Notes: generated by a model not told the origin, from the letters alone. Shown: positions 17,992 through 27,603, counted from the stretch's first letter. The stretch is 33,540 nucleotides of DNA from Dehalococcoidia bacterium (GCA_963581795.1 CAUZOU010000003.1:1-33540), one strand, 5' to 3'. Numbers and translations are program-made.

Positions 17992-19109
17992 CGGTCCACC
18001 TCGCCAAGCACAATGTCCAGAGAACCCAAGATAACCACTGCATCGGCAATATAAGTACCCTTGAGAAGCTCCTTAATAGCCATCAAGTTGCAAAACGATG
18101 GCGGGCGCACCTTCACTCGGTACGGCTTGTCGGCACCGTTGCTCACCAAGTAGACGCCTATCTCCCCGCGAGGATTTTCACCCCGCACGTACACCTCTCC
18201 CTGAGGTGGCCGGAGCACCAATCTGCTGGGAGTGATGGTCGGCCCGTCCGGCATCTGTTCCAGCGCCTGCTCTATAATAAGCATTGACTGACGCATCTCC
18301 ATAACACGGACGTAGTACCTATCCCATGAATCGCCCTTTTCCCCAATGGGTATGCCGAAATCAAACCTGTCATACACCGAGTATGGCTCGTCTTTACGCA
18401 CGTCCATTGGAACGCCGCAGGCACGCAGCGAAGGCCCGCTCATTCCGTAAGCGATGGCCGTCTCCGCGTTGATAACACCAACCCCTTTGGTGCGCGCAAG
18501 GAATATCTCACTGAAACTCAAAAGTCTGTCTGTCTCATCTATCCCTTGCCTGAGTTCTTTGAGAAGCGCTCCCATGCGCTGGGAGAAATCGTCCGGCACA
18601 TCACCCTTCACTCCACCGATACGTATGTAGTTGTGCATCATCCGCGCACCGGTTACCGCCTCAAACATGGTCTGTATTTTCTCCCGGTCGCGGAAGGCAT
18701 ACATAATTGGCGTCATGGCTCCGGCATCGATACCGAATGTACCAGAAAACAGAAGATGGCTGGCTACACGGTTCAGTTCACACAGTATTACCCTGATGTA
18801 CTCTGCACGCTCCGGCACCTCAAGCCCCATGAGCTTCTCGACCGCCCTGCAAAAGACCATCTCGTTATTGAGATTGCTAATGTAGTCCAGCCTATCGAAG
18901 AGTGTGACTATCTGAGCGTACAGCTCCCCCTCGCACAGTTTCTCCGAGCCGCGATGTAGGTAACCAATATGCGGTTCCAGGTCAACAATACGCTCTCCAT
19001 CCACCCAAAGCACCATACGAAAGACGCCGTGAGTGCTAGGGTGTTGAGGCCCCATGTTCACCATCATCTGTACCGTATCGAGTTGGCCTTCTGTGTTTAT
19101 GTCTACCAT
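17988..19109 (-). CDS. nuoD: NADH-quinone oxidoreductase subunit D
   Basis: NMGPQHPSTHGVFR, GYLHRGSEK, DRLDY, ENPRGE, C-terminal SLDIVLGEVDR; no NiFe-binding CxxC, so not a hydrogenase large subunit. Confidence 0.98.
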   Translation of the reverse strand: MVDINTEGQLDTVQMMVNMGPQHPSTHGVFRMVLWVDGERIVDLEPHIGYLHRGSEKLCEGELYAQIVTLFDRLDYISNLNNEMVFCRAVEKLMGLEVPERAEYIRVILCELNRVASHLLFSGTFGIDAGAMTPIMYAFRDREKIQTMFEAVTGARMMHNYIRIGGVKGDVPDDFSQRMGALLKELRQGIDETDRLLSFSEIFLARTKGVGVINAETAIAYGMSGPSLRACGVPMDVRKDEPYSVYDRFDFGIPIGEKGDSWDRYYVRVMEMRQSMLIIEQALEQMPDGPTITPSRLVLRPPQGEVYVRGENPRGEIGVYLVSNGADKPYRVKVRPPSFCNLMAIKELLKGTYIADAVVILGSLDIVLGEVDR

Positions 19110-19615
19110 TCTCTATACTCTGGCATTTCAAAGTCTCTGCGGCCAGGATAACCCTCAAACCCCTCGTACAGGAGTAGAGGAGCCATATTGGGGTGTCCTT
19201 CGAAGGAGACTCCAAAAAGGTCGTGGCTCTCTCTCTCGTACCAGTCGGCTCCAACCCACAACGGCGTCACAGAAGGCAGTGAGGGTTCATCCGGGGAAAC
19301 ATTGGCCTTCAGCACCATCATGTGATTCAAGGTGGTGCTGTACAAGTGATACACAACCTGTAAGTGCTCCACATAGTCCACCACGCACAAACACATGAGA
19401 TAGTCAAAGGAAAGCTTAGGGTCTTCTTTAGCCACCCGGCAAACGGCAGAAATATCGTGTGGCTTGACAGTCGCCGCCACTAGATTGACCGTCGACACGA
19501 TTTCCGGCTCGAACTCCGCCAAGACTCCGGGGAGCAATAGCTCCAAGGCACGGCCTTTATCATCTAAAGCGGAGGAGGCCTGAGGAACCTCCTCACGCCT
19601 ATGTCTTTCTGCCAC
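19103..19615 (-). CDS. nuoC: NADH-quinone oxidoreductase subunit C
   Basis: [32 protein letters not shown]. Confidence 0.96.
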   Translation of the reverse strand: MAERHRREEVPQASSALDDKGRALELLLPGVLAEFEPEIVSTVNLVAATVKPHDISAVCRVAKEDPKLSFDYLMCLCVVDYVEHLQVVYHLYSTTLNHMMVLKANVSPDEPSLPSVTPLWVGADWYERESHDLFGVSFEGHPNMAPLLLYEGFEGYPGRRDFEMPEYREW

Positions 19616-20120
19616 GCTCTCTGGCGTCCTGCATGATTTTCTCTTGCAACTTCAAAAAGCCGTCTATCAGGGCCTCGGGCCTTGGAGGGCACCCAGGCAC
19701 ATAGACATCAACAGGAATTATGTGGTCAACACCCATGACCACTGAGTAAGACCTATAGTACGGCCCGCCGTTGGTGGCACAACTGCCCATTGCTATGACC
19801 CATTTTGGTTCTGGCATCTGTTCGTAGAGGATTTTGATTGGCTCCGCCATCTTCTTGACCACAGTCCCGGCTACTATCATCACGTCCGACTGCCTTGGAG
19901 ACGGCCATGTGACAATACCGAACCGATCCAGGTCGTGATGGGCCATATATGTGCTAATCATCTCAATGGCACAGCAGGCCAGACCGAAGGTCATAGGCCA
20001 CAGAGAAGACTTCCTAGCCATGGCAATGAGCTGCTCCGACCTGGCGGTAATCACCCCGGGAGCAGCCTGGTTCAGCATGCTGCGCGGCTCCATATTCCCG
20101 GTACCCATGTTCAGTTCCAT
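19599..20120 (-). CDS. nuoB: NADH-quinone oxidoreductase subunit B
   Basis: [10 protein letters not shown] (N2 tandem Cys), [29 protein letters not shown]. Confidence 0.98.
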   Translation of the reverse strand: MELNMGTGNMEPRSMLNQAAPGVITARSEQLIAMARKSSLWPMTFGLACCAIEMISTYMAHHDLDRFGIVTWPSPRQSDVMIVAGTVVKKMAEPIKILYEQMPEPKWVIAMGSCATNGGPYYRSYSVVMGVDHIIPVDVYVPGCPPRPEALIDGFLKLQEKIMQDARERGRKT

Positions 20121-20482
20121 TGCAGGGCTCCCTTTCTCCAGCTGTAGATTATGCCGAAGAATAGAATCCCCATGAACAGAATCATCTCATAAAACACTGC
20201 ATCGACACTGTTCAGAAAGACCAATGCCCAAGGGAAGAGAAAAACGGCCTCAACGTCGAATACGAGGAACAGAATCGCGAAGATATAGTATCTCATATGC
20301 AATTGTGACCAAGAGTAAGGAGAAGGAGGAATGCCACACTCGTAGGGCATATCCTTGATAGCGGTCCGCTTCTTGGGGGAAAGCACGTAGGAGGCACCGA
20401 ACATAATCGCCATACCTACAAACCCCACAACGCCCGCTATCACCACCGCGGTGTAGTTGATTGCTAACCCTTCAGGTGCCAA
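20111..20482 (-). CDS. nuoA: NADH-quinone oxidoreductase subunit A
   Basis: [36 protein letters not shown]. Start tentatively TTG 20482 behind GGAGG (ORF track extends to 20500). Confidence 0.95.
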   Translation of the reverse strand: MAPEGLAINYTAVVIAGVVGFVGMAIMFGASYVLSPKKRTAIKDMPYECGIPPSPYSWSQLHMRYYIFAILFLVFDVEAVFLFPWALVFLNSVDAVFYEMILFMGILFFGIIYSWRKGALQWN

Positions 20483-20551
20483 ACGCATCCTCCGGGACAA
20501 TGACTCAATAACAGGTCATCGCCACAGGGCCACAGGATTATGAACTAGGCT

Positions 20552-20580
20552 ATGATATACTGCCTCCTTGGTGCTGTCAA
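20552..20580 (-). promoter_or_regulatory. sigma70-type promoter of the nuo operon (TTGACA-17-TATCAT)
   Basis: Minus strand TTGACA gcaccaaggaggcagta TATCAT in the nuoA/ACAD divergent gap. Confidence 0.75.
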
Positions 20581-20620
20581 TTGAACCTGCTGGCAATGAG
20601 AAACTATTGGCACCAAAAGG

Positions 20621-21817
20621 ATGGATGAAGTGGATTTCCGATTCAGTACTGAGCAACAGGCTTTTCAGACAGAGATCCGAGACTTCATCTTCACAGAGTT
20701 ACCGCAGGAACTGTTATGGAGTGAGAAGGTCGCCTTCACAGATGCCGTCTGGCCCACTGTGCTGGAGGCACGCAAGGAACTGGCCAAAATGGGTTGGCCC
20801 ACCATGCACTGGCCCATAGCATACGGCGGCCAGTGCGCTTCACACATCACGCAAGCGATCCTTGTGGAGGAATTGGCCTACTGGGGAATGCCACAGGCCA
20901 TCACCGTTGACGATGGCCCCAATCTCATAGGCCCAACCATCATCCGTTTCGGGTCTGACCACCTGAAGAAGACCCTTTTACCTCCCATTGCAAGTGGCAA
21001 GACATTCTGGTGCCAGGGATACACCGAGCCGGGAGCCGGCTCAGACTTGGCGGCCGTTCGCACCACAGCCTCGCAAGACGGCAATCACTACGTTATAAAC
21101 GGCCAGAAGGACTTCATCAGCGGTGCAGCCAGGGCAGACTGGATACACATCCTGGCTCGCACCGACCCTGAGGCTCCCCGGCATCGCAACCTCGGCTACT
21201 TCGTTGTGGATATGCGTTCTCCGGGAATCACCCTGCGCCCCCTAGACGAAGCGCATGGCAGGAGCGGTATGCTCAACGAGGTCTTCTTCGACAATGTACG
21301 AGTGCCGGTTGCAAACCTAGTCGGAGAGCGGAACGGAGGCTGGGAGGTGGCTATGAGTACGCTCACCATAGAGCGGTCAGGGATAGAGAATGTCGGCCAT
21401 GCCAGGAGTCTCCTGAAAGATATCACGGCCTATGCCAGGGAGACAGTCCGCGATGGCGAATCGCTCTTCTACGTCGCCCTTATCCGCAACAAGCTGGCAG
21501 AGATGGCGGTGAAAATAGAAGCGTGTCGTTTGGCCGCCTACAGAGTAGCCTGGTTGAGAGACAAAGGGCTTAACCCCGCCTATGAGTCCTCCATGAGCAA
21601 GCTTCTGAGTAGCGAGATGTGGCAGCAATTCACTGACGTTGCTTTACAGATACTAGGGCACTATGGCCCCCTGGAATCATACTCAAGGTATGCGCCCCTG
21701 AAGGGGAGAGTTGAAGAGGCATACATGGGATCCATCGTCGAGACCATCTACGAGGGTACATCCGAGATTCAACGCAACATAATTGCTCAGAGCGGCCTAA
21801 GTCTGCCACGGAAATAG
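20621..21817 (+). CDS. acyl-CoA dehydrogenase family protein (catalytic-type subunit)
   Basis: WCQGYTEPGAGSDLA, INGQK, NEVFFDNVRVP, LTIER (candidate catalytic Glu), TIYEGTSEIQRNIIA. Confidence 0.95.
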   Translation: MDEVDFRFSTEQQAFQTEIRDFIFTELPQELLWSEKVAFTDAVWPTVLEARKELAKMGWPTMHWPIAYGGQCASHITQAILVEELAYWGMPQAITVDDGPNLIGPTIIRFGSDHLKKTLLPPIASGKTFWCQGYTEPGAGSDLAAVRTTASQDGNHYVINGQKDFISGAARADWIHILARTDPEAPRHRNLGYFVVDMRSPGITLRPLDEAHGRSGMLNEVFFDNVRVPVANLVGERNGGWEVAMSTLTIERSGIENVGHARSLLKDITAYARETVRDGESLFYVALIRNKLAEMAVKIEACRLAAYRVAWLRDKGLNPAYESSMSKLLSSEMWQQFTDVALQILGHYGPLESYSRYAPLKGRVEEAYMGSIVETIYEGTSEIQRNIIAQSGLSLPRK

Positions 21818-21826
21818 TCGAACAAC

Positions 21827-22954
21827 ATGGATTTCACAATCACAAATGAACAGGAGATGCTCCGCACCTCCGCAAGGGAATTCCTGGACGCTGAATGTCC
21901 AAAGTCCCTGATGAGAACAATGGAAACCGACGACTTCGGCCACTCCACGGAATTCTGGCAAAAGATGGCGAGCCTTGGGTGGCTTGGTATGCCTTCCCCT
22001 GAGCAGTACGGAGGCACCAACTTCAGTTTCCAGGACATGGCCATCCTTCTCGAGGAGATGGGGCGATCCCTGTCTCCAGGGCCTTTTTTCTCGACGGTGG
22101 TCCTGTGCGGGCAAGCCATCCTTGAGGCTGGAACCGATAATCAGAAGGCAGATTTCATGACCAAAATAGCCTCTGGGAAGCTAGTCATGGCCCTAGCCTT
22201 CACGGAACCCAGCGCCAGCTATAAGCCAGTGGCCATCTCTGTTCGGGCCGAACTATCAGGTGGCAACTACGTCATCAACGGTACGAAGATGTTTGTATCC
22301 GACGGCCAGACCGCAGATTACTTCATCGTCGTCACACGCACCAGACAAAGCACAAACCCACAGCATGGCATATCGCTCCTGCTAGTGGATGCTCGCAGCC
22401 ACGGCATCACTGTCAATCCCCTGCGCGTCATGGGTATAGACAAGCAGGCTGAGGTTGTGTTTCAGAACGTCCGCGTGCCATCAGAAAACCTGCTAGGCTC
22501 TGTCGATGAGGGCTGGCTCCTAGCAGAAAAGCTCTTAGCCTGGGGGGCCGTTGGTAAGTGCGCCGAGTCGGTGGGTGGCGCTCAGGCAGCGTTGGACATG
22601 ACTGTAGATTACGTCAAGAACCGCAATGCCTTCGGGCAGCCAATAGGGAGCTTCCAAGCCATTCAGCATCACTGCGCCAACATGCTCGCAGACGTGTATA
22701 CATCCCGTTACCTCATGCATCAGGCTGCGTGGCTGGTGGATGAGGGAGAATTCCAGTCGCCGGAAATATCGAAGGCAAAGGCGTGGATAAGCGATGCATA
22801 TCGACGGGTCACGACCCTAGCGCACCAGTGCCACGGAGCCATAGCGTTCACCAAGGAGATCGACATACACCTCTATCACAAAAAGGCCAAGATCAACGAA
22901 ATACTCTTTGGAGACGCCGCCTTCCACTGGGATAGAATAGCCGGAGATTTATAA
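21827..22954 (+). CDS. acyl-CoA dehydrogenase family protein (partner-type subunit)
   Basis: MDFTITNEQEMLR, ALAFTEP, INGTKMFV, RNAFGQPIGSFQAIQH, HQCHGAIAFT; lacks the ER and GTSEI motifs of the preceding gene. Confidence 0.93.
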   Translation: MDFTITNEQEMLRTSAREFLDAECPKSLMRTMETDDFGHSTEFWQKMASLGWLGMPSPEQYGGTNFSFQDMAILLEEMGRSLSPGPFFSTVVLCGQAILEAGTDNQKADFMTKIASGKLVMALAFTEPSASYKPVAISVRAELSGGNYVINGTKMFVSDGQTADYFIVVTRTRQSTNPQHGISLLLVDARSHGITVNPLRVMGIDKQAEVVFQNVRVPSENLLGSVDEGWLLAEKLLAWGAVGKCAESVGGAQAALDMTVDYVKNRNAFGQPIGSFQAIQHHCANMLADVYTSRYLMHQAAWLVDEGEFQSPEISKAKAWISDAYRRVTTLAHQCHGAIAFTKEIDIHLYHKKAKINEILFGDAAFHWDRIAGDL

Positions 22955-23054
22955 ACATAAGGTTTCTCTGCAGAACAATCCCTAGTCGCAGAGAATGATG
23001 GATTCCTGTATGATTCCTAGAACTCTGATTTGTAATTGAGAAGGAGCAACTCAC

Positions 23055-23999
23055 ATGGAATACCGACAATTAGGCTCTACTGGGCTTCAAGTCTCTGCCG
23101 TTGGCCTTGGAACCAACAATTTTGGATTCAGGATGGACGAAGAGAACTCGCTCAAGGTGGCCCATCATGCCCTGGAAGAAGGGATAAACTTCATAGACAC
23201 GGCCGATAGCTATGGCAGGGGTCTATCTGAGGAACGCATAGGCCTGGCTTTCAAGGACACCCGCAAGGATGTCATCATAGCGACTAAAGTCGCCAATCCC
23301 GTTGGGGACGGCCCCAACAAGCGTGGCAATTCCCGTCACCATATCATGAACCAAGTGGAGGCCAGCCTTCGCTTTCTGCAAACGGACTACATCGACCTGT
23401 ATCAGATACACCGCGTCGATCCCAACACGCCCATAGAAGAGACACTCCGCGCTCTGGACGACTTGGTGCATCAGGGCAAAGTGCGCTACATCGGCTGTTC
23501 CAACTTCGCCGCTTGGCAGACGTGCGAAGCTATCCAGACCTCCAAGGCACTCAACCTTGCTCCTTTCGTCACAGTTCAGCCGGAATACAACATGCTCAAT
23601 CGCAGCGTTGAGCAAGAACTGGTGCCCTTCTGCAAAGAATACGGCGTCGGGATACTCCCTTTTTATCCCCTTGCCAGCGGGTTTCTTACCGGAAAATATC
23701 GTCAAGGGGAGGCGGTGCCCGAAGGCACTCGTCTAGCCGGCAATGAACGAGCCCAGGGAAACACCCTGACCGAGAAGAATTTCGCCATGTTATCCAAGCT
23801 GGAAAGCTTTTCCGAGGAGCGGGGGCACCCCATGGTGGAGCTAGCCATAGCCTGGCTACTGGCCAACTCTGCGGTGAGTTCGGTAATCGCTGGGGCCACC
23901 AAGATTGAACAGGTTACAGCTAACGCCAAGGCCGCCGACTGGCATCTCACCACCGAGGACATGGAAGAGATAGAGAAGATTCTCCAGAGCGGTGACTAA
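23055..23999 (+). CDS. aldo/keto reductase
   Basis: Catalytic tetrad context IDTADSYG, IATK, DLYQIH; GKVRYIGCSN; QPEYNML; AGGAG upstream. Confidence 0.96.
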   Translation: MEYRQLGSTGLQVSAVGLGTNNFGFRMDEENSLKVAHHALEEGINFIDTADSYGRGLSEERIGLAFKDTRKDVIIATKVANPVGDGPNKRGNSRHHIMNQVEASLRFLQTDYIDLYQIHRVDPNTPIEETLRALDDLVHQGKVRYIGCSNFAAWQTCEAIQTSKALNLAPFVTVQPEYNMLNRSVEQELVPFCKEYGVGILPFYPLASGFLTGKYRQGEAVPEGTRLAGNERAQGNTLTEKNFAMLSKLESFSEERGHPMVELAIAWLLANSAVSSVIAGATKIEQVTANAKAADWHLTTEDMEEIEKILQSGD

Positions 24000-24069
24000 G
24001 GCCAAGAGCAAAAGCTACAAACCACCCTGAGTTATCTCAGACTTAATCTCCTGCGACCAGGGAAGATGC

Positions 24070-24118
24070 CAAACCAAATATGCCGCCCACGGTAATCGTG
24101 GGCGGCATATTTGGTTTG
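24070..24118. terminator. perfect 22-bp inverted repeat, probable bidirectional terminator
   Basis: caaaccaaatatgccgcccacg-gtaat-cgtgggcggcatatttggtttg between convergent AKR and VLRF1 genes; T-rich tail on both strands. Confidence 0.75.
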
Positions 24119-24294
24119 CTTACACAGACGAGAAAAGGCAACGAGCCTTGAGCTAGAACACAGACTGTATATGATCAAGAGTTTTGGTCTGAGTTTTCGA
24201 ATCGCTTTATAGAAAACTTTACCTACTGCTAACCTGAACCTTGTAAACCCAGCGGAACGTCTGGAATATAAGCGAGGAGTCAATCCAGATTGCT

Positions 24295-24999
24295 TTATGA
24301 GTCTGGACTGTAAGTGACAATGCGACTCGTGTATATCTGGCGTGGAAGCTCCTTGAGCGCGTTCAGAGATGGTCGCTCCACGTTCAGTATCCGATGTAGG
24401 CGGATTGCATCAAGGCGTTGCAGGAAAGGGCACCTCTTCTCGAAGGCCAACAACGTCAAACGATCGCCGCCTAGGATAAGGTGGGTTAGGCTGCCGGTGT
24501 AGGATTCGACTCGCTCTTGCAAGGTTTCCGCAGCCTTGTCAAATAGCATCCTGGCCTGATCCTCACGGCGACGGGCGAAGCGAGCCGATGAACTGCCGCC
24601 CTTCTTGTGCCTTCCTTTGACAAAGCGTGAGCCAGTCTTGGACACAGCCAAGTGCTCACCTTCGAATATGCCTACAGCAAAGCCGCTCATCCGTAATAGC
24701 AGTACCAAGACGATCCTGCGTCGTTCCAGCACCGACCACATAAGATCCAAGTCCCAGCCAGGAGCTGTGGCCTCAGATTCGATAGGAAATGGGGGCAGCA
24801 CGAGTCGCACCTCACCCGGGCTCCAGAACAAAATGGCACCGGTCTCGGACGCCTGAATCGCTGCGATGGATTCATCGGACAGCTTGATATCTTCGGGGGG
24901 CATCTGAGTGGATGTCAGGCAGTAAGTGTAACCATCCTGCTCCGGCTCTTGCCATTGCGCTACCAGACGACGGAGGTTCTGAATCGATACGTCTTGCAT
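24295..24999 (-). CDS. acVLRF1-family (Vms1/ANKZF1-like release factor fold) protein
   Basis: VLPPFP, VLVLLLRMSGFAVGIFEG, SKTGSRFVKGRHKKGGSSSARFARRREDQA, LILGGDR: the motif order I recognise for Actinobacteria/Chloroflexi VLRF1 proteins. Confidence 0.88.
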   Translation of the reverse strand: MQDVSIQNLRRLVAQWQEPEQDGYTYCLTSTQMPPEDIKLSDESIAAIQASETGAILFWSPGEVRLVLPPFPIESEATAPGWDLDLMWSVLERRRIVLVLLLRMSGFAVGIFEGEHLAVSKTGSRFVKGRHKKGGSSSARFARRREDQARMLFDKAAETLQERVESYTGSLTHLILGGDRLTLLAFEKRCPFLQRLDAIRLHRILNVERPSLNALKELPRQIYTSRIVTYSPDS

Positions 25000-27425
25000 C
25001 AGAATAGCTGGGCAATGGTGGTTCCGTCAGTGCGCGTGCCCTCGTCGGGAACAAAAGAGGCTACTTGCTTGTGCAAAGCGAGGTATTCACGCAGAGCGTC
25101 TCGCAGTGCTCCTGTTCCCACTCCATGCACAATTCGCACCGTAGACAATCCTGCCAAGATGGCTTGATCCAAGAAATGATCCAATTGCATTAATGCCTCT
25201 TCTACCCGAACCCCCCGAACGTCCAGTTCACGCCCTGAGAATGCCTCAATGGGAGACGAGGCAGTAACGGTAATGGCAGGAGATTTAGCAGCAGCTTCAG
25301 TCTTCCGCTCAATCTGGTCCATGGAAATCTTAGCCCGCATGGACCCGAGCGCTATTTCCAGCGTCTGATCATCTGCTACAGCCGCAAGCACCTCCATGGG
25401 TTGACTAACTCCTTGCAAGTACACCATATCCCCCGGCTTCAGACCCCATATCCAGTCGCGGCTAGCCCCGGCAGGACGCCATGAGGGAGACCTGAGCTCT
25501 TTCCTCAGCCCCGACACTTCATGTCTCTGGTCACGCAGAGCCTTGGAAGAATTCGCTGGCACAGGTTCTTCGACGGCTTGCGCCACGCCTTTCGAAACAG
25601 ACGGAGCTACAGTACGTTTCGAGGCTCGCTCAGCTACCATCAGTTTTTGCCATATCTCCTCGACCTTGATCTCCAGATCGCGGCGTGCCGACTCCATCAA
25701 ACTATCCTTCTCATGCTCCAATGCAGTCAGCTTCTCGTCCAATTCCTGTCGCAACGCCTTGGCGCGTCCCATCTCCTGCTCCGCCTCCTCTCGCTTCGCG
25801 GAGGCCTGACTCTTCTCTCGCTGTAGGTCGCCCAGCAGCCCTTCCATTTTATGATAATCATCTGAGAGTAGAGAACGTGCATCATCAATGACCGCTTGCG
25901 GCATACCCAGTCGGGCGGCAATGGTGATGGCATAACTCCTCTCTGAAAGGCCCATGATAAGTCTATAGGTTGGAGACAGTGTTTCAGGATGTAACTCTAC
26001 GCTGGCATTGACCATGCCTGGGTTCTCGCGTATGAATTCAGCTAGGTCCCTCAGGTGCGATGTGGCAATCGTCTGGATGTCCCTCCGATGGAACTCAAGA
26101 AGGACTGCCTTGGACAGGGCCGTTCCTTCCTCTGGGTCCGTGCTCGTGCCCAGTTCATCAATAAGAACCAGGGATGCAGGTGTAGCCTCCGCAAGAATCT
26201 TGGTCAGATTATCAACGTGGGAACTAAATGTGGAAAGGGAACGCTGAATGCTCTGCTGGTCTCCTACGTCTGCATAGAAGCCGTCGTAAATACTGAGGGT
26301 GGCCTCGTCCGCTGGGATGTGTAGACCAGAATGCGCCATCGCAGCCAGCAGACCAGTCGTCTTCAGAGCAACGGTCTTCCCTCCGGCGTTGGGGCCGGTA
26401 ATTAGCAAGAGAGACCACATGTTGCCCATTTCTATCGTATTCGGAACCACCTTGCCCGAAAGCAATGGATGACGGGCATCCTTGAAGCGCAAATAAGGTC
26501 TTTTGGTTTCGATCACCGTGACTGGCACGCTATTCGTGGCAACAGAATATCGACCCTTGGCCATTGCCAGGTCTATCTGCGCCACCATGTCCAGTCCCAG
26601 CAGTAGTTCGCCGCTCCAGTACCCAACTGACTCCGAAAGTATCTGTAGGACTCGCGCTTCCTCGCGCTCTACCGCCAAGCGTAGCTCACGCGACTGATTG
26701 CCTTCGGAGACTATTGTCAGAGGTTCCACGAATAGCGTTGCACCACTGCCGGATACATCGTGCACGATGCCCGGCACATGGTGCCTCATTTCGGATTTTA
26801 CCAACAGTACCATGCGGCCCTGGCGCTGAGTTATAAGAGGTTCCTGGAGCACACCGCCGTCCTGGAGATGCCTCAGGGTTTTCTGGAGATGTTCTTCTAA
26901 CCTAACGTAGGTTCTCCGTGACTCGACCCGCAGGTCTGCCAGTTGTGTGGAAGCCTGATCCAGCACTTCACCGTCTCTCCCAATTGACTTGAATATCTGC
27001 GATTCAAGGTCGCTCAGGTCCGGTATTTTCCCGGCCAGAGAAGCTAGAATGGGCAATTCCCCATGGGCAATAACAGCGTGACGAGCCTTGCCGAGCACGG
27101 TAATCACTTCGAGCACGTCTCGCAATTCATTGCCTTGTAGCCTGCTCCCGAGAGACGCTGCTTCTACCTGCAGCCTCACATCCTTGTTTGAGGAGATGTC
27201 TAAATCTTTACCGCTGCCAAGGAGCTGCACGGCCTCTGAGGTCTCAAGCTGACCCTGCAGAACATCGTCGTGTGTATGAGCAGGTCTCAGCGTAAGGGCC
27301 AACTCCCTTGCCATAGAGAACTGGATGCGACCTGCCAGGCGCTCCAGCACCAGAGGAAACTCCAACAACTCCAGTGCCCTGCTCTGGAGTTGTTGCTGTG
27401 TATCTGTATCGACAGTGCCGCTCAT
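24999..27425 (-). CDS. mutS2: MutS2 (RqcU-like ATPase with KOW and Smr domains)
   Basis: LELLEFP N-terminus, GIVHDVSGSGATLFVEP, ARHPLL, Walker A TGPNAGGKT, GDQQSIQRSLSTFSSH, Walker B LIDELGTSTDP, coiled coil, KOW LKPGDMVY, Smr ELDVRG...IVHGVGTGALR. Confidence 0.97.
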   Translation of the reverse strand: MSGTVDTDTQQQLQSRALELLEFPLVLERLAGRIQFSMARELALTLRPAHTHDDVLQGQLETSEAVQLLGSGKDLDISSNKDVRLQVEAASLGSRLQGNELRDVLEVITVLGKARHAVIAHGELPILASLAGKIPDLSDLESQIFKSIGRDGEVLDQASTQLADLRVESRRTYVRLEEHLQKTLRHLQDGGVLQEPLITQRQGRMVLLVKSEMRHHVPGIVHDVSGSGATLFVEPLTIVSEGNQSRELRLAVEREEARVLQILSESVGYWSGELLLGLDMVAQIDLAMAKGRYSVATNSVPVTVIETKRPYLRFKDARHPLLSGKVVPNTIEMGNMWSLLLITGPNAGGKTVALKTTGLLAAMAHSGLHIPADEATLSIYDGFYADVGDQQSIQRSLSTFSSHVDNLTKILAEATPASLVLIDELGTSTDPEEGTALSKAVLLEFHRRDIQTIATSHLRDLAEFIRENPGMVNASVELHPETLSPTYRLIMGLSERSYAITIAARLGMPQAVIDDARSLLSDDYHKMEGLLGDLQREKSQASAKREEAEQEMGRAKALRQELDEKLTALEHEKDSLMESARRDLEIKVEEIWQKLMVAERASKRTVAPSVSKGVAQAVEEPVPANSSKALRDQRHEVSGLRKELRSPSWRPAGASRDWIWGLKPGDMVYLQGVSQPMEVLAAVADDQTLEIALGSMRAKISMDQIERKTEAAAKSPAITVTASSPIEAFSGRELDVRGVRVEEALMQLDHFLDQAILAGLSTVRIVHGVGTGALRDALREYLALHKQVASFVPDEGTRTDGTTIAQLF

Positions 27426-27603
27426 GATATTCTTGCCTAAAGGAAGATTCTACAGCCAGCTTAACAGGCTGCGAAAGGGCCGTCCAAAAAGCGATCCGGC
27501 GTGAACTAGTAGCGTCCTCTTTTTCCTATCACACTCTCGCCAGACCCAAGTCTCTAGTGCAAATGACAAATTATTCCTACGGATGTATAGGACGATTCTT
27601 AGT

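Noticed and set aside
17988-19109. Possible group 4 NiFe-hydrogenase large subunit
   Set aside because: No N- or C-terminal CxxC metal ligands; motifs are those of NuoD.
2844-20175. Many 60-220 aa ORFs overlapping leu/ilv/nuo genes (e.g. 3673-4329, 11202-11654, 16001-16474)
   Set aside because: Antisense or off-frame shadows of well-conserved genes; no recognisable motifs.
20521-20536. Tandem 8-mer gccacagg x2 in the nuo 5' region
   Set aside because: Only two short copies; cannot be distinguished from chance.
24032-24283. 83-aa minus-strand ORF after the VLRF1 gene
   Set aside because: TTG start with no SD, runs through the terminator hairpin, no family resemblance.
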